Under the pieces are notes generated by a model that searched no databases, was not told where the DNA came from, and saw only the letters and a list, made by a program, of their open reading frames with translations. A stretch of 64,000 nt of DNA from Candidatus Gastranaerophilales bacterium (GTDB taxonomy: Bacteria; Cyanobacteriota; Vampirovibrionia; Gastranaerophilales; Gastranaerophilaceae), in assembly GCA_944322945.1 (NCBI GenBank), contig CALUQN010000010.1:2230-66229 (forward strand). The letters run 5' to 3'. The position numbers were made by a program, and so were the translations under genes. Below, piece after piece: positions 33,689 to 43,641 of this stretch; within the stretch, counting starts at the first letter, position 1, and the number at the start of each line of letters is the position of its first letter.

Positions 33689-33789
33689 CAAAAAGACGTT
33701 AAGCCGCTAAGCGAGAAGGTTCAGCTGTATGAAGTGTACCCTAACATCCAGACTACAGTATTATTATTGAAATTTATTTTATCCTGCAG

Positions 33790-34407
33790 TTATGCAGAAA
33801 GTATGCGCAGCGCTTCTTTTAAAATTTCTTCTGCTGAAGCATTTTCTTTGACTTTTGGTAATGCTTTTGACAATGCGTCTTTTATCTCTTCACGCTCATA
33901 ACCGAATGATACCAGCACAGTCTGCGCGTCATCTATTGCCTGCGGCTGCTGGGCTGTTGATGTCTGTACTCTGATAGGTTCTGTCGTTTGGTACTTCATC
34001 ATTTTGTCTTTTAACTCCAAAATTATCTTTTGCGCCAGTTTGGGTCCAACTCCTTTTGCCCGCGTGAGTTCTTTGTAGTTGCCGTCTATTACAAAACCGA
34101 TAAGTTCAGCAGATTGGAATTCATCCAGCAATGTCAGCGCCATTTTGCTCCCTACTCCGGAGACTGATGTCATTATGTTGAATATATCTCTGTCTTCCTT
34201 ATGCAGAAAACCGCATAACGCCATTTTGTCTTCCCTGTGTAAAAGAACAGTATAAACTTTACACTCCGAATTTATCTCTTCAAGTTGGGTGTAATCCCTC
34301 ATTGTAATTTCTATCAAATAACCTATCCCGCCCGTTTCTACTGTCAGAAAATTGCCTCTGGTATTTGAGATTTTGTTTGTGAAAATTCCCTTTATGTAAT
34401 CGTACAT
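33790..34407 (-). CDS. ruvA: Holliday junction branch-migration protein RuvA
   Basis: MYDYIKGIF...GGIGYLIEI...VSGVGSKMAL...KGVGPKLAQKI. Confidence 0.9.
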   Translation of the reverse strand: MYDYIKGIFTNKISNTRGNFLTVETGGIGYLIEITMRDYTQLEEINSECKVYTVLLHREDKMALCGFLHKEDRDIFNIMTSVSGVGSKMALTLLDEFQSAELIGFVIDGNYKELTRAKGVGPKLAQKIILELKDKMMKYQTTEPIRVQTSTAQQPQAIDDAQTVLVSFGYEREEIKDALSKALPKVKENASAEEILKEALRILSA

Positions 34408-34410
34408 ATT

Positions 34411-35805
34411 TTAATTCCTTAAACTGTTTTTGATATCGTTTACAGCTCGCTCTATATCCTTATTAATTTTTATCTCATCCTTAATTTTTTCGTATGAGTA
34501 AAGCATTGTAGGATGTTTTTTTCTAAGAAATTCAGCAATTGCTTCAAAGCTTTTTTCAGTAAGTTCCCTCGCAAGGTAAACAGCTACGTGTCTGGCATTG
34601 GAAACCTTCTGGCTTCTGGATGAACTTATAAAGTCCGCTACCGGCACCCCGTAATATTCACTAACTGCATTTACGACCGTTTCTATTGAGAGTTCTTTTT
34701 TTTCTGCTTCACAGTTCAGTACCTGTTTTACAAGTTCCAGAGTAAGCGGTTTCTTTTCAATGTCAGCGTATGCGCTAACTTTGTTAAAAGCACCTTCAAG
34801 TTCGCGGACATTGTTCATATAGTTATTTGCGATGTATTCGAGAGCTTCAAACGGAGCTTCAAGACATCTGAGTTCAGCAAGGTTTTTTAAAATCGCAACT
34901 CTTGTTTCAAAGTCAGGAGGCGTAATGTCAACTATAATCCCCATTTCAAATCGGGTGCGCAGTCTGTCAGGCAGTGTCGGAATATCTTTGGGCAGCCTAT
35001 CTGATGTTATTACTATCTGTTTGTTGTTGTTATATAGACTGTCAAAGGTATGGAATATTTCTTCCATTGTGTAAGTTTTGCTCTCCAAAAACTGGATGTC
35101 ATCAATCAAAAGTACATCTATGTTTCTGTATTTCTGGCGGAATTTGTCCATTCTAGCGTTGCGTTCTCCGCCGTATTGAAGATTTTTTATAAGCTCATTT
35201 ACATATTCTTCTGTTTTAATGTATTTAACTTTTAATTTTGGTTTGTTGAAAATAATATAGTGTCCAATAGCTTGCATCAGGTGCGTTTTGCCAAGACCGG
35301 ATGCACCGTAAATAAACAACGGGTTATATTTTTTAGCCGGGTTTTGTGCAACAGCAAAGGCTACCGCGTGTGCAAAACGGCTGTTTTCACCAACTACAAA
35401 ATTCTCAAATTTGTACTTCAAATTAAGGTTGGAAAAAGACTGCATCTGCGCAAGATTATCCATAGTTTTGGAAGCCTCGGCATCATCTTTCTTCAGGCTT
35501 TTGGGACGCATGCTTTCTTTTTTCTTGTCTTTTTTATATTTTTCCGCAAGTGCAGCATCGTAGTCAATTGAAAAATTAACCTTTTTGCCTAAAACTTTTT
35601 CAAAAGCACTGCTAATTTGTGAGTAATATGAGTGTCTGACAATCTGCGGTGCCATCATGTGAACTGACAAAAGCGAAAAGTTGTTATCATCAAACCCTGC
35701 GGGTTCAAGGGCATCCACCCAAGAATAGAAAGCATGAGCAGGAATTGTCTCCCTGAGTTCACTTTTTACCTCACTCCATAGTTTTTTGACTTCCAAAATA
35801 TCCAT
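34411..35805 (-). CDS. dnaA: chromosomal replication initiator DnaA
   Basis: NPLFIYGASGLGKTHLMQAIGH, LLIDDIQFL, and a domain IV HTH. The signature reads KKHPTML instead of the usual RDHTTV. Confidence 0.93.
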   Translation of the reverse strand: MDILEVKKLWSEVKSELRETIPAHAFYSWVDALEPAGFDDNNFSLLSVHMMAPQIVRHSYYSQISSAFEKVLGKKVNFSIDYDAALAEKYKKDKKKESMRPKSLKKDDAEASKTMDNLAQMQSFSNLNLKYKFENFVVGENSRFAHAVAFAVAQNPAKKYNPLFIYGASGLGKTHLMQAIGHYIIFNKPKLKVKYIKTEEYVNELIKNLQYGGERNARMDKFRQKYRNIDVLLIDDIQFLESKTYTMEEIFHTFDSLYNNNKQIVITSDRLPKDIPTLPDRLRTRFEMGIIVDITPPDFETRVAILKNLAELRCLEAPFEALEYIANNYMNNVRELEGAFNKVSAYADIEKKPLTLELVKQVLNCEAEKKELSIETVVNAVSEYYGVPVADFISSSRSQKVSNARHVAVYLARELTEKSFEAIAEFLRKKHPTMLYSYEKIKDEIKINKDIERAVNDIKNSLRN

Positions 35806-35812
35806 AAAAAAA

Positions 35813-36565
35813 TTATACTATAAACATTTGATACAAAACAACAGCGCATGCAGCACTCAGATTTAAAGATTCAACATCTGAAGTCATCTCAATTTTTACT
35901 TTATCAGTTGCAAAATTAGTAAGTTCATCACTCAACCCGTCAGCCTCTGATCCAAACATTAACAGAACTTTTTCTTTCCGTTTAAAATTTTTCAGGTAGT
36001 TTTCCCCTCGCGGCAATGTTGCAACACGCTGAAAATCAGCAAATAATTTTTTCAGTTCATCAAGTTCATTAAGATGAATTGCCGGAAGTTTCCACAAATT
36101 CCCGACCGCAGCTCTGACACACTTTGGGTTATACAAGTCAACCGTGTCCCCGTATAATACAACAGCGTCAGCGCCAAACGCTGCAGAGGTCCGCAAAATT
36201 GTTCCCAAGTTGCCTGTGTCTTTAATATTTTCAAGCAATACAACCTTCTGCGCTTCTTTTAGGCTCGCAGTTGAAAATGTCTTTTTAACACCAACTGCAA
36301 TAACATCCGGCGGGGTATCTGTAGTCGATATTTTTTTCAGGACTGCTTCCGTTGTGGGTATTAATTTTTCACCTAAAAATTCGTAAACCGCGCTTTTTTC
36401 TTTTTCAACAAAAGCGTACTTAATTTCAATACCGCCGGAATAAGCTTCCCTGACAGGCTTGTCCCCTTCCAGTAAAAATAATCCGCTTTCGTCTCTGTAT
36501 TTTTTTTGATGAAGTTTTGCGGTGTTTTTTACCAGCTCATTATTCAAACTTGTTATTTCATTCAT
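35813..36565 (-). CDS. TrmH/SpoU-family RNA 2'-O-methyltransferase
   Basis: LLENIKDTGNLGTILRTSAAFGADAVVL and C-terminal SLNLSAACAVVLY. Confidence 0.85.
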   Translation of the reverse strand: MNEITSLNNELVKNTAKLHQKKYRDESGLFLLEGDKPVREAYSGGIEIKYAFVEKEKSAVYEFLGEKLIPTTEAVLKKISTTDTPPDVIAVGVKKTFSTASLKEAQKVVLLENIKDTGNLGTILRTSAAFGADAVVLYGDTVDLYNPKCVRAAVGNLWKLPAIHLNELDELKKLFADFQRVATLPRGENYLKNFKRKEKVLLMFGSEADGLSDELTNFATDKVKIEMTSDVESLNLSAACAVVLYQMFIV

Positions 36566-38172
36566 TACAAAACCTCAAATTCCTTTAGCCATTCTTTCTC
36601 TTGTTCGGAGAGTAATGTGTAATCAATTAATTTATTTTCATAATTCATTTTTACAAAAGATTTTATTTTGCCATCTTTAAGATAGCACGAATTTTCAAGC
36701 CTAACACCGAAATGTTCCGGGTTGTACAGCCCCGGTTCTATGGTAAAACACATATTTTCTTTAATTGGTGTCTTTGCAATTTCATTTTTGCTTAAATTAG
36801 GAGGAGCTTCGTGTACGCTAACCCCTATGCCGTGCCCTAGCCCGTGATTAAATACAAAGCCGTCAATCGGGTTTGTGTCGTAAATTTTCCGTGCCAAGCT
36901 ATCAACATCATACCCGCAAAAATTGTCAGCACTGTAGTTATATGCGTTCAAAAACATCTTGAGAACAGTAGTATAAACTTTTTTTTGCAGCTCGGACGGC
37001 TCGCCTTTTACAAAAACTCTTGTAATATCAGTTGCAATACCGCCTTCGTAATAAGCACCGCAGTCAATCAATACAAGTGAACCATCTTTTAATACTTCAT
37101 CCTTTGCAGATTTTGAATAGTGTGCAAGTGCGGCGTTTTTGTCTTTTGCAACAATTGGTCTGAAGCTTAAATTTTTTGCGCCAAATCTGTAAAATTCTTT
37201 TTCCAGCTGTTCTGCTATGTCAAATTCTGAAATTTCGTTGTTATTATTGATGTAGTCGCGTATCGCGTGTAATGTTTTGTCAGTTGCTTCGAATGCTGTT
37301 TTATAATGATTAATTTCAGCATCAGTTTTTATAGATTTCATGAGTTTGACTGGATTTTCATTAACAAATTCCGCTTTATCGCCTAGCACAAAATAGTCGT
37401 GGGCATTGATGGAAGATTTATCTACAAGGACTTTACCTTCAAATCCGGAGATATAGTTATCAAAATCGGAGTATTTTTTTATGACAAAATCATCAAAGCC
37501 GCAAATATTTTCATCTGTAAACAGAATCGCATTATCCTTTAATACAAGCAGTTTACCGTAAATCTGCGAGGCGTACTGCACAGAAAAACATCTCAAATTG
37601 CATAAATATGATACTTCTTCTAAATTTGTAATTAAAAACGCTTGATTTTGCCCTAACATGCCAGATATGTATTGGCGTTTTTGAGACGGACTTTTTCCTG
37701 CAAATTCAAGCGGAACAGAGTCTATTTTTCTGTGAGTTGTCGTGTAATTTTCATCCAACGGATCAGTGTCTAATATTCTTACCCGGACATTTTTTGCGTT
37801 CAAAGCCTTACGCAAAGAATCAATTCTTTGCATTGAATTTTTCTCTGCGCAAACGCCTAGGAGTGAATTATCAGGGATTTTTTCAACAATTTTTTCAAGA
37901 AAAGTTTCTCCTGTCTGTAATTTTACGACATCAGTTATGCTGTGGTCGACTTCCAGATCCGCCTGAATGTGATATCTGCCGTCTACAAACAAAAAGCACT
38001 TGTCAGAACTTACGAGAGCATCTCCGGTAGAGCCGGAGAAGCCTGTAAGTTTATATCTTGAATTTGCATCCAAAGTATTGTATTCAACCAAAAATTTATT
38101 GGTTGAATTAACGAGCAGGTAATCAATCTGCTCATACTTTATAAAATCTCTGACTAAATCAATGCTTTTCAT
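36565..38172 (-). CDS. pepP: M24B Xaa-Pro aminopeptidase
   Basis: HGLGHGIGVSVHEAPP, DCGAYYEGGIATDITR, and creatinase-like N-terminal domains. Confidence 0.85.
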   Translation of the reverse strand: MKSIDLVRDFIKYEQIDYLLVNSTNKFLVEYNTLDANSRYKLTGFSGSTGDALVSSDKCFLFVDGRYHIQADLEVDHSITDVVKLQTGETFLEKIVEKIPDNSLLGVCAEKNSMQRIDSLRKALNAKNVRVRILDTDPLDENYTTTHRKIDSVPLEFAGKSPSQKRQYISGMLGQNQAFLITNLEEVSYLCNLRCFSVQYASQIYGKLLVLKDNAILFTDENICGFDDFVIKKYSDFDNYISGFEGKVLVDKSSINAHDYFVLGDKAEFVNENPVKLMKSIKTDAEINHYKTAFEATDKTLHAIRDYINNNNEISEFDIAEQLEKEFYRFGAKNLSFRPIVAKDKNAALAHYSKSAKDEVLKDGSLVLIDCGAYYEGGIATDITRVFVKGEPSELQKKVYTTVLKMFLNAYNYSADNFCGYDVDSLARKIYDTNPIDGFVFNHGLGHGIGVSVHEAPPNLSKNEIAKTPIKENMCFTIEPGLYNPEHFGVRLENSCYLKDGKIKSFVKMNYENKLIDYTLLSEQEKEWLKEFEVL

Positions 38173-38179
38173 AATTAAA

Positions 38180-38461
38180 TTACTTTTTATCAGTTAAATA
38201 GATTAAATGCCAGCCGAATTGAGTTTGAACCGGCTTTGAAACTTCTCCTATTTCCATGTCAAAAGCGGCATCTTCAAACGGTTTTACCATCATGCCTCTG
38301 CCAAAATAGCCTAAATCGCCTCCTGCAGCACCTGACGGGCACAAAGAAACTTCAGCCGCAGCATCTGCAAATGCCTTGCCGTTCATGATTTCATCATACA
38401 AATCTTTTGCCTCTTGTTCTGTCTTAACAAGTATGTGGCTTGCTCTAACTTCTGTTGTCAT
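38180..38461 (-). CDS. parvulin-type peptidyl-prolyl isomerase
   Basis: VRASHILV...GGDLGYFGRGMMVKPFEDAAF. Confidence 0.85.
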   Translation of the reverse strand: MTTEVRASHILVKTEQEAKDLYDEIMNGKAFADAAAEVSLCPSGAAGGDLGYFGRGMMVKPFEDAAFDMEIGEVSKPVQTQFGWHLIYLTDKK

Positions 38462-38603
38462 AAGTATAACTCCTTATTTCTGATATTACAGTATAATTAT
38501 ATCAGAAAAATTGCAAAGAAAAAGCCTGTAAGGAGAATCTCACAAGCCTGATATCAAACGGTTAAATGTTTAATTTATAAAATAGTACATAGTATTCTTT
38601 TAG

Positions 38604-38691
38604 ATATAAGCTCACAAGTTTTCAACCAAACCTGCAAAAGAAAACTCTTATCGCAACCCCGAAAAAGTGTCTGGACTATGTGAGCTTATAT
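38604..38691. other. 88-nt hairpin with a 13-bp perfect stem in a 400-bp noncoding tract
   Basis: ATATAAGCTCACA (38604..38616) pairs with TGTGAGCTTATAT (38679..38691). There is an inner AGTTTTC/GAAAACT stem. No ORF. Confidence 0.4.
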
Positions 38692-38862
38692 TAATATTAT
38701 AACCTATTTTTTTAAAGAAAACACCCTCCCGGAGAATAAATTTTTAAACTCCGGTCCTACAAATTTGTACTAATACTTTAGGATTAGCTTGGCGTATAAT
38801 AAAAAAAACTTGCAAAAAAACTATTTTTATTATAGAGTTAAATACATAACAAGTCAATACAT

Positions 38863-38935
38863 GCGGAAGTAACTCAATTGGCAGAGTCCCTGCCTTCCAA
38901 GCAGGTTGTTGCGAGTTCGAACCTCGTCTTCCGCT
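38863..38935 (+). tRNA. tRNA-Gly (UCC)
   Basis: 73-nt cloverleaf. Acceptor GCGGAAG/CTTCCGC, anticodon loop CTTCCAA, T-loop TTCGAAC. Confidence 0.95.
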
Positions 38936-38976
38936 TTTTTATTACAATCTAAACGTTTTTTGATATAGGGATAATT

Positions 38977-39828
38977 ATGATAAATGAAGTTATAGAATAT
39001 GCGGAACAAATTAATAAGATACTAAAATCCATGCATTTTGACTTGTTTATTGAGGCAATCATTAATATTTTAGTCATTATGCTTTTGTTCAAGATGGTGA
39101 ATATCTTTGAAGCCAGAACAAAAGCAAAACTCATTGAAAAACACAAGGAATCGCCGCTAATTCAATTTTTGCCGATACTTACCAGAACTTTAAAATTCGT
39201 AATTGTATTTTTGATAATAGCAGCATTTTTACAAAGCAACGGCTACTCGGTTGCATCACTGATTACAGGTTTCGGTATTACAGGTTTGGCAGTTGGCTTT
39301 GCAGCTAATGCGACCATTGCAAACGTTTTCGGTACTTTTGCAATTTTGTCCGATAGGGTTTATAAAATCGGTGATTATATTAAAATTGGAGATGTAGAAG
39401 GTACCGTTGAGGATATAAACCTTCGCTCCACAAAATTGAGAACACTTGATAATTTCTTATGCGTAATCCCGAACAGCTCTGTTTCAGGCGCTAATATTTA
39501 TAATATTTCAATGGCTCATAAACGTTTGATTGACGAGACTTTTGGCATAACTTACGATACAAGTGCGGAAAAAATCCAAAGAGCCAGAGAAATTCTTGAA
39601 GAAATTGCCGAAAAACACAGTGACATTTATAATGATTCTTATGTTGTCATTGATAAACTTGCGGACAGCTCAATCAACTTGCGTCTTATTGCTTATGTCA
39701 AAACAAATAATCTTACAAAATTCAGAAAAGTAAAAGAACAGATTTTGTTTGAAGCAATCAAAAAATTCAGAGCAGAAGGGATTGAATTTGCTTTCCCGTC
39801 AAGAAGTTTGTATATTACGAAACAATAA
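38977..39828 (+). CDS. small-conductance mechanosensitive channel (MscS family)
   Basis: GFGITGLAVGFAANATIANVFG...IGDYIKIGDVEGTVEDINLRSTKLRT. Confidence 0.85.
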   Translation: MINEVIEYAEQINKILKSMHFDLFIEAIINILVIMLLFKMVNIFEARTKAKLIEKHKESPLIQFLPILTRTLKFVIVFLIIAAFLQSNGYSVASLITGFGITGLAVGFAANATIANVFGTFAILSDRVYKIGDYIKIGDVEGTVEDINLRSTKLRTLDNFLCVIPNSSVSGANIYNISMAHKRLIDETFGITYDTSAEKIQRAREILEEIAEKHSDIYNDSYVVIDKLADSSINLRLIAYVKTNNLTKFRKVKEQILFEAIKKFRAEGIEFAFPSRSLYITKQ

Positions 39829-40298
39829 TGAAAATTAAAATTATTGCTCTTGGAAAAATAAAAGAAAATTTTTTAAAAGATGGAATTGCAGAGTTCTTAA
39901 AGCGTCTTACTCCTTATTCGTCGGTTGATATTGTTGAACTTTCTCCGATAGAAATCAGGGATGAAAATCTTACGGAAAAAGTTTTGGAGCAAGAGGCTGA
40001 AAAAATTCTGCTGCATATAAAACCGCAATCTTACGTTATTACTCTTGAAATAGCAGGAAAACAATTGACGTCAGAAGAATTTGCGGCAAAAATTGAAGAT
40101 TTGACAAATACAGGCATAAGTGAAATTGTTTTCGTAATAGGTTCCTCCTGCGGACTCGGAAAATCTGTTTCTGCACGTGCTGATTTTAAAATGAGTCTTT
40201 CAAAAATGACTTTTCTGCACCAGTTTGCAAGACTTATACTTGTAGAACAAATTTATCGCGCATTTAAGATAATCAAAGGTGAAACTTACCATAAGTAA
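39828..40298 (+). CDS. rlmH: 23S rRNA (pseudouridine1915-N3)-methyltransferase
   Basis: MKIKIIALGKIKE... SPOUT family, C-terminal GETYHK. Confidence 0.9.
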   Translation: MKIKIIALGKIKENFLKDGIAEFLKRLTPYSSVDIVELSPIEIRDENLTEKVLEQEAEKILLHIKPQSYVITLEIAGKQLTSEEFAAKIEDLTNTGISEIVFVIGSSCGLGKSVSARADFKMSLSKMTFLHQFARLILVEQIYRAFKIIKGETYHK

Positions 40299-40304
40299 CG
40301 TACC

Positions 40305-40332
40305 TTGTCATTCCTGCAAAAACTGATATAAT
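40305..40332 (+). promoter_or_regulatory. candidate promoter
   Basis: TTGTCA-N16-TATAAT, 22 nt before the ATG at 40355. Confidence 0.5.
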
Positions 40333-40354
40333 TGAAGTGTTAAGGAGAAACTGC

Positions 40355-42238
40355 ATGGAAATTAATAAAATTACAGCTAACAAAATTGCTAAGAAGCAAT
40401 ATAACAGTTGTAAATCAGAAAAAAATACATCAGAAATTCAGTATGAAAACAGTGATAAATTAATGAGGGAGCTTGATAAAATGGCAAATATAAACAATAT
40501 AACATTCAAAGGCGACAACGCGCTTAACCTGACAACAGAAGAACTACAAAAGCGTACAAATAAAGATTACCTTATTACAAAAAAAATGTTGAAGGCAGAT
40601 GCTCCGGAGTATCTTGAACTCGAAGAAGGCGACAAAAAGGCTCTAAAACACCTTGTTAAAGCCGCGTATATCCTCGAAAAAATAAATATGCAGCTTGATA
40701 ATCCGCACAATCTGGAATTTCAGGAGTATCTTGAAAATGAGATAAAAAAAGGCAGCAAGGATGCTGAAATGACAAAAATCCTGTTTGACGCACAAAAAGG
40801 TATAAATGCGCTCGATACAATGTCAAACAAGATAAATCTTGCTAAGGGGCATAAAGATTTGCCAGGCAAGGGATTTTATCCTGAGGACCTGTCAAAAAAA
40901 GAATTTCATCAAATATTAATCAAGATGTTAAATGAAGGCAAAGACGATGAGGTTAAAAAGATTTTGACACAACGCACCGTTGTGGAGCGTAACGGAGATG
41001 AGCTTGTCGGTATCGACTACGTTGATAAATTCAAAGAGGATTTTGCTCAAATGGCTGATGAAATTGACAAAGCCGCAAACTATTCAACGAATAAAGAGTT
41101 TACAAAATATCTCGTCCTTCAGTCACAGGCTCTCAGAATGGCAAATCCGATGCTGGATGCTTATGCGGATAAGCAGTGGGCAACTTTGCAGGATACCCCG
41201 CTTGAATTCACCATAACAAGAGAAAATTATGAAGATGAGATGACCGGAACAATTGTTGAAAACAAAGAATTAAGCAAAATGCTTGAAGAACGTAATATTT
41301 CTCCTATCCCGAAAGATATGCTTGGATGCAGGGTTGGTATTGTAAATAAAAAGGGAACAGATGCTTTAATGGCTATAAAAAAATACCTCCCTATCCTTGC
41401 GCAGAATATGCCTTATAAGGATGAATACGAGCAAAATATTTCAACAACAGGCGACGCAAAACAAACTATGGTTGATGTTGATTTGGTTGCGGTTACCGGT
41501 GATGTCGGAGCTTACAGAGGAGGAATTACACTTGCTGAAAACCTTCCTAATGACGACAAATTATCCCTCACAATAGGCGGCGGCAGACGTAATGTTTACC
41601 ATAGACAAATCCGCTTTATCAGTGATATGAACAAATTGCAGGAACGCCTTGATGCAATTCTAGACAAAGACCAGCACAAGTACTACCTTGACGAAGCAGA
41701 TCACTGGTTTACAATTGGTCACGAAAACGCACACTCACTTGGCCCGAACAAAGGTAATGAAAAACTCGGCAAATACCGTAATATTATTGAAGAAAACAAA
41801 GCAGATATGGGTTCTCTGGCGTTTGTAGATTTGCTGACAGAGCTTGGAATGTACACGGACGAACAGCGGAAGCAGATTATTGTGACGACTATTGCTGATA
41901 ATTTCTTAAAATCAAAACCTGAAATGAGTCAGGCTCACCGTGTCAGAACTGTTATGCAGAATAAGTACTTTGCAGAACGCGGCGCTTATGAGATTACTCC
42001 GGAGGGTAAAATCCACGTAAATATTGACAAAGTCGTCCCTATAGCTAAAGAGATGTTATCTGAAATTGTCAGAATACAAATTGACGGTGACTTTGACAAA
42101 GCTGAAAAATACGTAAAAGATAATTTTGTTTGGACTGACAATATGGAACTCATCGCTCAAAAACTCCAAAAAGTAAACAAAACGTTAAACGGAAGAACAG
42201 AATCTGAATTAGCTGAAAAATTGCTCAAGGAGGAATAA
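40355..42238 (+). CDS. M49 (dipeptidyl-peptidase III)-like zinc hydrolase family protein
   Basis: HENAHSLGP (HExxH) followed by IIEENKADMGSL, which resembles the second EExxAE/D motif of DPP III-like proteins. ATG 40355 with AAGGAG upstream. Confidence 0.6.
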   Translation: MEINKITANKIAKKQYNSCKSEKNTSEIQYENSDKLMRELDKMANINNITFKGDNALNLTTEELQKRTNKDYLITKKMLKADAPEYLELEEGDKKALKHLVKAAYILEKINMQLDNPHNLEFQEYLENEIKKGSKDAEMTKILFDAQKGINALDTMSNKINLAKGHKDLPGKGFYPEDLSKKEFHQILIKMLNEGKDDEVKKILTQRTVVERNGDELVGIDYVDKFKEDFAQMADEIDKAANYSTNKEFTKYLVLQSQALRMANPMLDAYADKQWATLQDTPLEFTITRENYEDEMTGTIVENKELSKMLEERNISPIPKDMLGCRVGIVNKKGTDALMAIKKYLPILAQNMPYKDEYEQNISTTGDAKQTMVDVDLVAVTGDVGAYRGGITLAENLPNDDKLSLTIGGGRRNVYHRQIRFISDMNKLQERLDAILDKDQHKYYLDEADHWFTIGHENAHSLGPNKGNEKLGKYRNIIEENKADMGSLAFVDLLTELGMYTDEQRKQIIVTTIADNFLKSKPEMSQAHRVRTVMQNKYFAERGAYEITPEGKIHVNIDKVVPIAKEMLSEIVRIQIDGDFDKAEKYVKDNFVWTDNMELIAQKLQKVNKTLNGRTESELAEKLLKEE

Positions 42239-42759
42239 TGGCAGATAAAATCATTATTTTTTCGGGAAAGCAGTATTCAGGTAAAGATACAGTTGCAAAA
42301 ATAATGCTTGCGGAAATGCCTGACTATCATCGCTGCGCTATGGGTGATATAATCAAATTAACTTACGGAGCACAAAAAGGTCTGTCTTATGACGAAATAG
42401 AAAAAAATAAGCCGCTTTACAGACAGGATTTGATTGATTTAGGCAACTGGGGTCGTGCGCAGGATGCTGATTACTGGCTGAAAAAAATCATTGAACAAGA
42501 CGGGAATATTATGGTAACTGATGTCAGGGTACCTCACGAATATGAAGTGTTCAAGTCAGCAGGCGCCATCTCAATCCGTGTTGAAGCTACACGTGAAACA
42601 CGCGCAAGCCGTGGTCAATTAATCGGTGAAACTGATATCACTGAAACAGGTCTGGATGATATTACTGACTGGGATTATGTTATTGAAAATAATTCCGACT
42701 ATGACACGCTGAAAACAAAAGTCCTTGCAATTGTTAAAGAGTTAAAAAATAAAAATTAA
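42238..42759 (+). CDS. P-loop kinase-like protein (dNMP kinase / animal-type phosphomevalonate kinase-like)
   Basis: IIIFSGKQYSGKDTVAK Walker A. The start overlaps the upstream stop (TAATG). Confidence 0.5.
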   Translation: MADKIIIFSGKQYSGKDTVAKIMLAEMPDYHRCAMGDIIKLTYGAQKGLSYDEIEKNKPLYRQDLIDLGNWGRAQDADYWLKKIIEQDGNIMVTDVRVPHEYEVFKSAGAISIRVEATRETRASRGQLIGETDITETGLDDITDWDYVIENNSDYDTLKTKVLAIVKELKNKN

Positions 42760-42775
42760 ATCTTCTATGTTAATG

Positions 42776-42813
42776 AAAAAAAGGGTACAGACATAATGTT
42801 TGTACCCCTTTTT
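42776..42813. terminator. bidirectional terminator
   Basis: AAAAAGGGTACA...TGTACCCCTTTTT between convergent genes. Confidence 0.7.
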
Positions 42814-42831
42814 CGTTCTAAATAATTAAAA

Positions 42832-43527
42832 TTAAACGTGCAGTATAAAACCGCCTTTATCAGCATTTTGCAAGTTGTCGCCGTCAATTTTTGCGCGGAG
42901 ATTTTTGATGTATTTGTAAACGTAATCTCTAGGCAAGTCTAAAAGTGCGGCAAGGTCTTTTGCATAAACAATTTTGCCGCTGTTCTGCGCAAAATGGTCA
43001 AAGACCTTTTGTTCTCTGTCTGTGAGAGCTTTTTTGAATACAATTCTTACTTCATCACGGAGAGTATCGTTTTCAACAGTTTCCTGTTTTGGTTGAACTT
43101 TTTCTTTAACTACAGGCTTTTTAGCTGTGTTTTTCTTGACGGCTTTTTTAGTTTCTGCAGAATGTATTTCATCTTTAACTTTTGCAGCTTTTTTAGCAGT
43201 TTTTTTAGGAGTTTTTGCAGCATCTTCTTTCAGAGCTTTCAAATCTTCGGATTTTAAATGTCCGAGGGTAAAAGGTGACGGAGCAATCTCTCTTTCTCTT
43301 TCAAATGAGCGTTCTGCTATTGAATTAATTCTTTCGCCTTTTGTCTGCATCCAGTCATCTGATGTTGATACGATAGGTTTACCTTTCAACACAATATCAA
43401 CGAGATCATTTGTGTGTTTTTCTTCTTCTAATTTTTTCCCCAGTCTGGCAGCGAATTCTTCTAATGTAATCTTTTCCAATGAGCTTCTCCATTGTTTAAT
43501 CTCTTCCTTGCTCAAGTATTCAGACAT
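42832..43527 (-). CDS. DNA-binding protein: Lys/Ala-rich histone-H1-like linker plus C-terminal HTH
   Basis: AKTPKKTAKKAAKVKDE...KKAVKKNTAKKPVVKEK, then LTDREQKVFDHF...AKDLAALLDLPRDYVYKYIKNLRAKI. Confidence 0.6.
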   Translation of the reverse strand: MSEYLSKEEIKQWRSSLEKITLEEFAARLGKKLEEEKHTNDLVDIVLKGKPIVSTSDDWMQTKGERINSIAERSFEREREIAPSPFTLGHLKSEDLKALKEDAAKTPKKTAKKAAKVKDEIHSAETKKAVKKNTAKKPVVKEKVQPKQETVENDTLRDEVRIVFKKALTDREQKVFDHFAQNSGKIVYAKDLAALLDLPRDYVYKYIKNLRAKIDGDNLQNADKGGFILHV

Positions 43528-43641
43528 TCATAATCTCCTTACTAAAAATAATCTCATTTACTTTTTATAATGTAGCATAAAACATTCAGAAAAAATCAAA
43601 ATGTTTCATAACGTAAATTTTTATTTTACTTTTTAACAATT

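Noticed and set aside
33236-33789. A prophage or integrative element at tRNA-Phe, and similarly at tRNA-His.
   Set aside because: No integrase, excisionase or phage-like ORFs exist within the flanks. Only short att-like fragment duplications are present.
38462-38862. oriC in the noncoding tract upstream of the dnaA-containing operon.
   Set aside because: I could find no canonical or near-canonical DnaA-box cluster by eye. The tract is retained only as an unexplained structured region.
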